This document shows, piece after piece, positions 29,755 through 38,568 of a stretch of DNA of 64,000 bases (within the stretch, counting starts at the first letter, position 1; every line of letters begins with the position of its first letter). The position numbers and the translations under genes are program-made. The notes below the pieces were generated by a model. The model was given only the letters and a program-made list of their open reading frames with translations. It did not search any database and was not told where the DNA came from. Origin of the DNA: an uncultured Methanoregulaceae archaeon (GTDB taxonomy: Archaea > Halobacteriota > Methanomicrobia > Methanomicrobiales > Methanospirillaceae); contig CAVTTL010000001.1 of NCBI GenBank assembly GCA_963737635.1, positions 1,376,001 to 1,440,000 of the forward strand, in the 5' to 3' direction.

Positions 29755-30906
29755 ATGGACACCTCAAGCGGATTCCCGGTCGACGTCTCAGTCATTATGC
29801 CCGCTCTGGATGAAGAGCAGACGATCGGCGAGTGTATCCGCAAGATTCAGTCAGTGTTCCAATCAAACGCTATAAGCGGCGAGATCATCGTTGCCGATGC
29901 CTCAACGGACAGGACAACGGCGATCGCGGAGTCGCTTGGCGCGCGTGTCGTTAAACCGGGGAAACTCGGGTATGGCAACGCGTACCTCGCCGCGTTCAAA
30001 GAAGCGCGCGGCCGGTATATCGTTATGGGCGATGCCGATAACACCTACGATTTTTCGGAGATGCCACAACTCCTCGCGCCACTGAGGGACGGTGCCGATT
30101 TCGTTATCGGTTCCCGGTTCACCGGGAGTATCCATGCAGGTGCGATGACCTCACTCCACCGGTACATCGGTAACCCGCTGCTCACCTGGATGATCAATAC
30201 GATCTTCCGTACCCGTTTCACTGACACGCACAGTGGGTTTCGCGCGATCACCCGCGATGCGCTGGACCGGCTCAACCTGGCAACCGGGGGCATGGAGTTT
30301 GCGTCAGAAATGCTCGTTATGGCCTCAAAAGAAGGCCTGAAGATCGTAGAAGTTCCGGTCAGTTATTATCCCCGGAAAACGCCCTCAAAACTGCACAGTT
30401 TTGCCGATGGCTGGCGCCACATCAGGTTCGTGCTGCTCATGAAACCCCTCCCGTTTCTTGCCATACCGGGCCTGTTGTTCTCGCTGGTCGGGCTGCTTTT
30501 GATGACCTTTTTTGCTCTCGAGGGCAATGTTGAGTCTTCCCACCTCCACATCTTCATCGTCGGCGCCATTATGATCATGGGTGGTTTACAGGTCATCATT
30601 ACCGCATTTTTGATGAAGACGTATTCGGTCATCCATGGATACGAGACCAAAGCGGGTATCATCACGCTTGTTATGCAGTATAGCACCCTGGAAAAATTTC
30701 TCGTGCTTGGCATCATCCTTATCCTGGGGGGTGTCATCCTTGGCCTCAATATCCTGATCCAGTGGATTTCGGTCAGTTTTGGCGTGCTCTCCGAGATATC
30801 CACCGCTATTATTGCCCTTGTCCTGATCGTCACCGGGATGCAGGTCTTTCTCTTTGCCATCTTCCAGAGCATGATGCTCTTAAACGAGAACACCAGCCAT
30901 GCCTGA
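29755..30906 (+). CDS. GT2 dolichol-phosphate glycosyltransferase with C-terminal TMs
   Basis: VIMPALDEE, GYGNA, MGDADNTYD, DTHSGFRA, MEFASEM. Confidence 0.88.
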   Translation: MDTSSGFPVDVSVIMPALDEEQTIGECIRKIQSVFQSNAISGEIIVADASTDRTTAIAESLGARVVKPGKLGYGNAYLAAFKEARGRYIVMGDADNTYDFSEMPQLLAPLRDGADFVIGSRFTGSIHAGAMTSLHRYIGNPLLTWMINTIFRTRFTDTHSGFRAITRDALDRLNLATGGMEFASEMLVMASKEGLKIVEVPVSYYPRKTPSKLHSFADGWRHIRFVLLMKPLPFLAIPGLLFSLVGLLLMTFFALEGNVESSHLHIFIVGAIMIMGGLQVIITAFLMKTYSVIHGYETKAGIITLVMQYSTLEKFLVLGIILILGGVILGLNILIQWISVSFGVLSEISTAIIALVLIVTGMQVFLFAIFQSMMLLNENTSHA

Positions 30907-30916
30907 AGGGGACCGG

Positions 30917-32051
30917 ATGAAGATCGCGTTTGTGTACGATGTCATCTACCCGTACGTGAAAGGCGGCGTGGAAAAACGGGTGTGGGAGCTTGCGGTGCGG
31001 CTTACCCGGCGGGGCCACGAAGTACACCTTTTCGGGATGAAATTCTGGGACGGGGATGATATCCTTATTCACGAGGGTGTGATCCTGCACGGAGTCTGCC
31101 CGGCACGTCCCCTCTATGCCGGGGGCAGAAGGACCGTAGGGGAAGCGATCCATTTCAGCCTCCGGCTCATCCCGCACCTGGGAAGGTACCGGTTCGACAT
31201 AATCGACTGCCAGCAGTTTCCCTTTTTCTCATGCCTCACGGCAAAAGCACTCACCGTTTTCAAAAAAACGCCGCTCGTTATTACCTGGCACGAGGTCTGG
31301 GGCGATTACTGGTACGTGTATCTGGGCCGGTGCGGGGCGTTTGGCAAGTACATCGAACGTCTCGTGTCCCGGATCACGCCACATGTGATCGCGGTTTCAA
31401 CGACCACCAAAGAACAGCTCGGTACTCCTAGGTGGCCCGGAAACTATCAGGATCCTACCCAATGGGGTGGATAGGAACCGCATCGCCGCAATTTCCCCCG
31501 CAGCCGACCGATCGGATCTCATCTTTGCCGGACGCTTGATCCGGGAAAAGCATGCAGACCTGCTGGTCCGGGCGTTTGCACTCCTGTCAAAAGAGCAACC
31601 GGCGCTCACGCTTCAGATCATTGGTGACGGGCCGGAACGGGAGCCGCTTCTGCAGCTCGTCCAGGAATGCGGTATCGGGGACCGGGTCATTGTCCGGGGT
31701 TTTGAAGCGCGGCACGACGACCTGATCGCGCGGATGAAGGCATCAAACGTCTGTGTCCTGCCCTCCACCCGGGAGGGATTCGGGATCACTGCTCTCGAAG
31801 CGCTTGCCTGCGGGCTCCCGGTTGTCACCATCGATCACCCGGCAAACGCGATACGGGATCTCATCACGGATAAAAATGGTTTTCTCTCTGCCCTTTCCGC
31901 AGAAGATCTTGCCGACAAGATGCGCAAAGCGCTCGCTCACCACGAGGAGATGCGAGAGGCATGTGCCGCAACTGCGGCAGCATATGACTGGGATCGTGTC
32001 GCAGCAGAGTGTGTGGAGTATTACCAATCGGTGAATGCAAAAAAAGAGTGA
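30917..32051 (+). CDS. glycosyltransferase family 4, split by a +1 frameshift near 31420
   Basis: YPYVKGGVEKR (5' part); removing one base restores IRILPNGVD and joins AGRLIREK...STREGFGITALEA. Confidence 0.85.
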
Positions 32052-32053
32052 TT

Positions 32054-34729
32054 TCAGGAAACCTGGTTGCCCTGGATCACATCGTCCTCGGTCACGTTGA
32101 TATACCGGGTGGTCCCGTCAATATGGTACGGCCCGGTTGCCCTGACGTCGTACGGTGAGCCTGACGTGGGATAGGGTACGTCAAACATCCCGTTCTCGCT
32201 TGCCTGCCGGTAGACAAACATCCGTCCCGTGTTGGTAACGACCGGAACCTCGATGATTCCGTCACCGGTAATGGGTGCCCCTTTGACGTACTCAAAAACC
32301 TTAACCGTTTTTATATTGGGGAGGGTGACGGTTTTCGATTCCGGAAATGCCGTAATGGTTGCATTACCCGGCGATTCGTGAACAAGCCGGTAATGTTCCA
32401 GGGCTGGAACGGTTGCGACCGGCGCGTTCGGCAGACTGGAGTAAAGGCCGGCATAGTTCGATGCGGAGAGTGACTGACCCTCCGGTACGAGCGTGAGATT
32501 GCCCGTACCATTGGAAATGTCGACCGGTACATCACCGGAAATCACCCTCGCGTACCCGTTTACATCGCCGGCAGACTCTCCGGGGGCCGGCACCTGTCGG
32601 ATCTGGTACTGGACGTATTCCACGTTCGTGGGCGTGGTCATAGACCCGTCAAAGTTGTAAAGCCGGGAGATCGTGGTCTGGAAATACCCGTTGTTAAACC
32701 GGTGGACTGTGTCCAGGACGTTGGTGTTACCGGGCTCCGGGAGCACAAACCACGTGATATAAGGCGAAATATCGGTTGAGCCGTCCGCCCAGGGCACAAG
32801 GTTGGTGAACGTATCCACCGCGAGGTTTGAATCGACGACGACATACCGACCCCCTAGTCCGGCAAGGATGGCATCTGCCTGCGACTCGTTCTGCCGAAGG
32901 AAATACGCGGCAGCCCCGTTGTTTCCGGCAAGGTTGTCCTGGAACGGGTTTGTGATCGGGATCCGGTGCGCGAAGAACGTGATCCAGTTGCCTGCATCCC
33001 ACGATGCCATGACCCCGTAGGAGGCGTTGGGGTACACGTATCCGGAAGACGGGTATTCACCGAAATAATCGACGCCGGTGGCAGGTGTCGAATTGCCAAG
33101 CCAGGTGACCGATTCGATCCAGTCCGGTGACAGTTCATGATCCGGGGTAGAACGTCCCAATTCAAGATCCTTGTAGACGGAAACGCCGATAAGACCAACC
33201 GTAAGGAGAAGAACCAGTGCCAGGCAGAGGATCTTAATCTTTCCAGGGATTTTCCTGGTCTCCTCCCGGGATTGGGGTGATTTCTTTTTTCTGCCTTTGC
33301 GGTCGGGAGAACCTGCAGGTTTTTCCGGGGCGTTTCTCTCACTATCAGGTTCTGCGGTTGGAACCGGGACAAACCGGGTCACTATTGATGAGATTTGTGC
33401 ACGCACTCCGGCATCCTGCCAATGGAAGGTCTCTGTGATACAGATGGCACTCAAAAGAACGATGTTGACCGTACTGTAGTAGTCGAACCGCTGGTACTGG
33501 ATGGTAAGGAGGAGCACTACGACCGACCAGATCAAAAGAAAGATCCATTCGGCCTTTGGTTTTTTTATGATGGAATACCCAAGCACCAGGAATCCGCCTG
33601 CTGTGAGGAAGAGGGCAAGCCCGAAGAAGTCCCATGCCACCGGCAGGGTAAGGGGGAGTGTCTCTACAACCCCCACCGAAAACTGCATGGAGCCAAAAAT
33701 GAGATCGTAGGCCTGCTGCCCTATCGCGGTAAACGGTGGGTACAGGAAAAGTGCTATAATCCCGGCCCCTGCGAGAATCACGAGGCTGAGCAGGTACGGG
33801 AGTTTCTTTTTGCAAAATATATGGGAAAGTGCAAAAAGCGCGATGGTTTCAGCGAGCAGTGCGAGGTGGATGTATACCAGTCCGGGCGAATACTGCGTGA
33901 TCGAGAGCCCGGTCGCATGAAACCCAAAAAGGACGAGAAGTGCGGCCGAAAGTAAAAGGAAGATCCCGTTCGCAATCAGCAGGTCGCCGGACGAACGGCC
34001 GGTGCAGTGATCAAGGATGCACTGTACCAGCGTGTAGATGCCGATCACCACGAGCATCAGGATTACGGTCGGGGATGCGAGAAGCGCGCAAAAAAAGCAG
34101 ACCCCGGCAAGGGCGGCAAGCAGGATCGGCATATACAACGTACGGAGGTTTTTCCTGTCAATGTCCTGTTTTCGTGCATATACGATCGAGGAGAGGTAGA
34201 GCAGCACAAAAATCGTGCTGATGAACGTTTCAGCGATGTGGTGGCTGATCAGGCCGTACGATGAGAGAAAGAAATAGTGATAGGATACGACAGCGACAAG
34301 CCCGGCAGCAACAAGCCCGGTCTGCCAGTCCCGGATCGTTTTTCCCGTGTAGTACATAACCGGGACCATGAGGGCAGCCATGATCGGTGAGACAAAACCG
34401 GCCACAGAAACGATGGAAGCATGCGAAGTGGCCCCGGTGATCAGGCAGAGGACTGCAACGGTAAAGGGATATAGCGGCCCCCAGTCGATAAATTTCCCAG
34501 TCGGATAGGCAGTCATCGGGTCATACCAGTTGTACTGAGGGAAATGGTGCACCATTACTTCGATTTGGCGCAGGGTATACCAACCGTCCGTGTCAAAGGT
34601 ATACAAAAAACCGGTATCCTTGATAAACAATGCAGGAATGAGCCGGAGAAAAAGGGCAACTGCCATAAAAATGAGCAGAATGAGTACAAGACCGGTTCGT
34701 GATTTCCAGTTCGGTATAGTGAGACGCAT
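32054..34729 (-). CDS. aglB: STT3/AglB oligosaccharyltransferase family protein with atypical motifs
   Basis: DGWYTLR, YDPMTAYPTG, HHIAE, QRFDYY, RIPITNPFQ, LEHYRLVHES; the WWDYG position reads SWDAG. Confidence 0.88.
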   Translation of the reverse strand: MRLTIPNWKSRTGLVLILLIFMAVALFLRLIPALFIKDTGFLYTFDTDGWYTLRQIEVMVHHFPQYNWYDPMTAYPTGKFIDWGPLYPFTVAVLCLITGATSHASIVSVAGFVSPIMAALMVPVMYYTGKTIRDWQTGLVAAGLVAVVSYHYFFLSSYGLISHHIAETFISTIFVLLYLSSIVYARKQDIDRKNLRTLYMPILLAALAGVCFFCALLASPTVILMLVVIGIYTLVQCILDHCTGRSSGDLLIANGIFLLLSAALLVLFGFHATGLSITQYSPGLVYIHLALLAETIALFALSHIFCKKKLPYLLSLVILAGAGIIALFLYPPFTAIGQQAYDLIFGSMQFSVGVVETLPLTLPVAWDFFGLALFLTAGGFLVLGYSIIKKPKAEWIFLLIWSVVVLLLTIQYQRFDYYSTVNIVLLSAICITETFHWQDAGVRAQISSIVTRFVPVPTAEPDSERNAPEKPAGSPDRKGRKKKSPQSREETRKIPGKIKILCLALVLLLTVGLIGVSVYKDLELGRSTPDHELSPDWIESVTWLGNSTPATGVDYFGEYPSSGYVYPNASYGVMASWDAGNWITFFAHRIPITNPFQDNLAGNNGAAAYFLRQNESQADAILAGLGGRYVVVDSNLAVDTFTNLVPWADGSTDISPYITWFVLPEPGNTNVLDTVHRFNNGYFQTTISRLYNFDGSMTTPTNVEYVQYQIRQVPAPGESAGDVNGYARVISGDVPVDISNGTGNLTLVPEGQSLSASNYAGLYSSLPNAPVATVPALEHYRLVHESPGNATITAFPESKTVTLPNIKTVKVFEYVKGAPITGDGIIEVPVVTNTGRMFVYRQASENGMFDVPYPTSGSPYDVRATGPYHIDGTTRYINVTEDDVIQGNQVS

Positions 34730-34935
34730 GGGATTCCTTTAGGCGCATTCTTTCTGTGCGGGTTCACATCGGTTTAATTGTCCGGATCGTTCTCTCATTG
34801 TAACACCATATATATTGTGAAACGATAGTGCCTGGCTTGGAATGAGATCTCTTAAAACCGGAAACCAGATTTGTCTAAACTATCCGAAGAACAACGGGGC
34901 AGGAATTCCAATTCGATTGATTCTTTAAAGCAAAT

Positions 34936-34994
34936 GTGGCATCAGTCCCCTGCATCATCATGAATCAGTGGGGGTAACTTTCATCACTTGCCAC
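34936..34994 (-). ncRNA. box C/D guide sRNA; D' guide antisense to 23S rRNA helix 69
   Basis: Minus strand GTGGCA-A-GTGATGA(C)-AAGTTACCCCCA-CTGA(D')-TTC-ATGATGA(C')-TGCAGGGGA-CTGA(D)-TGCCAC: four consensus boxes, 6-bp terminal stem, upstream TATA-like TTTTATATA. Confidence 0.92.
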
Positions 34995-35153
34995 GGAATG
35001 TTTAAATATTTTTAATCTTTATACTATATAAAACTTATCGTAAAATGGGGCTTTGAGTTCTGTCAAGTCTTCGGATTGTTAAATTCGGAACTGCCGGCAA
35101 CTTGACAAAACCCGAGTAAAGGATAGGACAAAAAGAGATACCGGCTGAAAAAA

Positions 35154-35808
35154 TTATGCTTCCTTTTGCACCAACCGGCTCCCGAGCTCGGTACGCTTTT
35201 TTGCACTCTTTCGGGAATATCTTCCTACGCCGTTCCTTCCGCACTTCAGGATCGGCATAGTCGAAGACGACCTTCGTATAGTCCTTGAACTGGAGTGTCT
35301 CGAAGGAGAAGAGAGATTCGGAGTGCCCGAACGTGCGAGTGAGGTGGGCTTCGTTCTCATTGGTGTGGACAGTGTACTGATAATCCTTCATATGCTGTTC
35401 CGAGAGATTCATCGTGTAAATGAACGCGGTTCGGATCTTCCTCCCGAAGAGAGATGACGGGATTTTTGTGTAGGCAAGGTATGGGAAGAGGAGCCGTTCC
35501 ATGAAACAACGCATCTCCCCTGTCACGGTCCCGAAATATATCGGCGATCCGAGGATGAGGGCGTCCGCATCGTGTATCCTGTCGAGGAGGGGGGTCAGCC
35601 CATCCTGTCTTGCACATTTCCCGTAACTCTTCCCGCCCCTGAGCTTGCAGGCAAAGCAGCTTGCGCATCCCTTGAAGTCAATATCGTAGAGATGGATCAA
35701 TTCAGTTTCCGCACCTGCGGACCGTGCTCCGGAAAGGGCATGTTCAAGCAGAGTTGCCGTATTCCACGTCTTCCGTGGACTCCCATTAATAGCAATTACT
35801 TTTGTCAT
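35154..35808 (-). CDS. flavodoxin-fold iron-sulfur flavoprotein / NAD(P)H-FMN reductase; +1 frameshift near 35190 in the last codons
   Basis: INGSPRKTWNT, CASCFAC...C, GSPIYFG; corrected end YELGSRLVQKEA* at 35154. Confidence 0.85.
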
Positions 35809-35823
35809 AGTTCCCTTACCAGG

Positions 35824-36486
35824 TTAACGGCACCGTGATTTCCTCACACGATTTCCAATTTCGGTGCCCATGGCTACTAAAGCTGCGATCACATCTTTCT
35901 GGTCCTCAACCTGCTGGATTTTTATTGAGGCACGTACGGCATCCGGCCCGTACTTCCTTATGACCCCGCTCAGGGGGCAATCTAATCCGGGACCGCACAC
36001 GACACAGGGCACATTTCCCAAAACCCCGACAGCACCGACAACATCCATGCCTTCTGTCATCATAAAATGTTTTACCGAAGAGATTGCATGTTCCATCGAC
36101 GGGGACAGCACGGCATTTTCCGGAGGATGAGCACTTGTAACGATGATTCCCCCGGGCTTACCTCTCAAGAACCCATGTTTATGCCTCAGGCACCATAACC
36201 TTTCGAGGAAGGATTTCGTCCGTCCATCAAGATATCCGTAAGGCGGATATGCGGCAACAATAAGGGCATCGGCATACCGGATTTTTTGTGCCAGGGCTGT
36301 AGCATCATCTTTAAGGATGCAGACGTTTGTCTCTTCACATCCAAGACATGCCCTGCACGCTTGGTAGGTGTAATCGGATAATTTGATGAACTCTGTTTCC
36401 TCCCCGGCTGCGTCAAGAGCAATGCGTAGTGCCCGATCAGTATTGCTGTTCGGGACAGGAGATCCCGAAATACCAATTATGGTCAT
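35824..36486 (-). CDS. iron-sulfur flavoprotein (ISF-like, flavodoxin family)
   Basis: GISGSP..SNT, CRACLGCEETNVC motif, extra CVVCG...C. Confidence 0.85.
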   Translation of the reverse strand: MTIIGISGSPVPNSNTDRALRIALDAAGEETEFIKLSDYTYQACRACLGCEETNVCILKDDATALAQKIRYADALIVAAYPPYGYLDGRTKSFLERLWCLRHKHGFLRGKPGGIIVTSAHPPENAVLSPSMEHAISSVKHFMMTEGMDVVGAVGVLGNVPCVVCGPGLDCPLSGVIRKYGPDAVRASIKIQQVEDQKDVIAALVAMGTEIGNRVRKSRCR

Positions 36487-36507
36487 GTTCGTTTTTCCTC
36501 ATATGCT

Positions 36508-36912
36508 TTAAAGAAGCTTCTTTCCGGCATTCGGACCCGGCTGGCATTCGAAGACATCGGTGATCTTTACGATAATGAGAGAACGTGCAGGCGCGGCCGG
36601 ATTCTTTTTGTTCATTTTTACCTTCATTTCGTCGAAATCCTTGCCGCTGGTCTTGACCGTCGCATGACCCTTGATCTGGAAGCAGCCCTTGATCTCAGGA
36701 CCCCAGATATAGAGCGCAATCTTCGGGTTTACCTTAAGATTTTCAAGCGACTTGTTCATGAAATTGTCCGTGATCCAGATGGTATCGTCGCTCACGAGTT
36801 CGACCATTTTGATGGGAATAACGTTTGGTTCACCGTCTTTTGATGCGGTCGCAACCGGGAAGATATTCATCTTGCCAAACGCTTCTTTCATTTCTGCAGT
36901 TAGTTGTGCCAT
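36508..36912 (-). CDS. pyridoxamine 5'-phosphate oxidase-family FMN-binding protein
   Basis: VATASKDGEPNV, DNFMNKSLENLKVNP, FQIKG. Confidence 0.85.
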   Translation of the reverse strand: MAQLTAEMKEAFGKMNIFPVATASKDGEPNVIPIKMVELVSDDTIWITDNFMNKSLENLKVNPKIALYIWGPEIKGCFQIKGHATVKTSGKDFDEMKVKMNKKNPAAPARSLIIVKITDVFECQPGPNAGKKLL

Positions 36913-36947
36913 AATAAAATCTCCGCTCATTGATTATGTCCGAGAGA

Positions 36948-37310
36948 TTACAACCCGGCCCGCTCGACAATAACGTCAGCCACAGCCTTTGCGCTCTTGA
37001 ACGGGAAATCTGATGCCTTCAGGAGTTTTCCTGCCTCACCTGCGGTCATCTTCAGGTCTCCAACTTGGCAAGTTGTGTTTGCACCGTCTGGGAACGCCGA
37101 GATTAGGTCTTTTGGAGTTTTGACTGGGAACTTCGCGCCTTTGAGTGCGCCGGTAATCTGTGCGTGGATCTGATTCTTTACCGACGGCTCATTATTTATC
37201 ATGCTGGAGATCTCGCCGGCTGCTTTGCCGATCGAGCAATCTGCATTGTGGGTTCCGCACCCGAAACATGCGCCCTTGATCGCTTTGAGAGATTCTTCAG
37301 CCTTTGCCAT
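36948..37310 (-). CDS. MTH865-family protein with N-terminal Cys-containing extension
   Basis: ALKGAKFPVKTPKDLISAFPDG..TTC...DFPF; N-terminal CFGCGTHNADC. Confidence 0.8.
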   Translation of the reverse strand: MAKAEESLKAIKGACFGCGTHNADCSIGKAAGEISSMINNEPSVKNQIHAQITGALKGAKFPVKTPKDLISAFPDGANTTCQVGDLKMTAGEAGKLLKASDFPFKSAKAVADVIVERAGL

Positions 37311-37477
37311 CGATACTTCGGTTCCTGTACAATTCCATGTAGGCATTTTTTTCACCATCCACAGATGCTCATGTTACAAATATATACTTGAGCGTCATGA
37401 AAATATACAAATCATTTTTGGTACAGAAAAATGACCCTCACGGTCATAAGCATTCCAATCAAATACGAGAGGAGAGT

Positions 37478-38227
37478 ATGGGAACAGTACCGGGGGCAAT
37501 GACGGAGATTCGCGAGCTAAAGACGGAGATCACAGGTCTGCGCACGGATCTGAAGCGGTTCATCGAGCAGGCGAACCAGCAGCATCTGGAGGTAATACTT
37601 GGAGACGTTAAGAAAGAGTACGCCGGGGTGTTTGCAGATCACCAGATTGGTACTGCGAAGGCCGATCTGTCTGCCCGCATGGTAGAGGATTGTGCTAAGC
37701 GGAAGACCTGTTACGGGGTATTCATGGAGTTCCTGGAGAATTCTGCCCAGCATATCACAGACGGAAATATCTCTGACGAGTTGATCCAGTCGTACCGGGA
37801 GCGGATGAAAACACTCCGGAATAAGGGGCCGTACGATCAGTGTGATACCTGTTTTTCTGAGGTTGGCAGACTTTTCGAAAAACAGGTTGCATTAATGAAG
37901 ACACTCGGCATCTACCAGAAGAGTCCCGATACCTCGGATTTGGTGGCGGAAATACCTGATCAGATAGTGGTAAATGACCTCCTTGAACCGGTGGCGAACA
38001 TCCAGCGGTTCCAGATAGTTAAGTCGCTTACATCCGGGACCCGAACATTCTCGGATATCTCCCAGTTGACCGGCCTGAAAGGCGGGAACCTCCTCTTCCA
38101 CATCAAGAAGCTAACGGAATCCGGCATGATTCTCCAACGTCACGAGCGGGGAGATTACATCATTACGGATAAGGGATTTAAGACGCTAACGGCGATTGCA
38201 CAGCGGTACCAGCTGGTGAATCAATAA
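37478..38227 (+). CDS. winged-helix (ArsR-like) transcriptional regulator with Cys-containing N-terminal domain
   Basis: C-terminal RFQIVKSL...TFSDISQLTGLKGGNLLFHIKKL; Cys pairs CAKRKTC and CDTC. Confidence 0.82.
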   Translation: MGTVPGAMTEIRELKTEITGLRTDLKRFIEQANQQHLEVILGDVKKEYAGVFADHQIGTAKADLSARMVEDCAKRKTCYGVFMEFLENSAQHITDGNISDELIQSYRERMKTLRNKGPYDQCDTCFSEVGRLFEKQVALMKTLGIYQKSPDTSDLVAEIPDQIVVNDLLEPVANIQRFQIVKSLTSGTRTFSDISQLTGLKGGNLLFHIKKLTESGMILQRHERGDYIITDKGFKTLTAIAQRYQLVNQ

Positions 38228-38402
38228 ACTGGTGACGTGGACCGGGCTGATACACCTACGATAAATCATTGCACAGATCGCGGGGCGGCATTTATCGGAA
38301 TCACTTTTATTAGATTGCATATTACCTGCGAAAGTAGGTCTATAGATCTCCTCTAAAAAGACGAATGCGCTTGCTAAAAAGGCTAAATTTTGGTCGGAAA
38401 TA

Positions 38403-38465
38403 CATAGTTACCCCCACTAAAAGCATATGGGGTAACTTTCATCATCTGCCAAGAAATGGTTAAAT
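38403..38465. repeat. partial duplicate of the 5' half of the C/D sRNA plus an inverted guide copy (hairpin)
   Basis: 38429-38465 matches 34971-35007 at 32/37; agttacccc (38406) and ggggtaact (38429) form an inverted repeat. Confidence 0.8.
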
Positions 38466-38568
38466 CTTGTTCATTAATGTCTTTTTGCTGGAACAGTGTA
38501 CACGGGAGCCTGTAATTATACTTACATTAATAAGACGGGAGCCGTATCTACCAGATTGTGAACAGACC

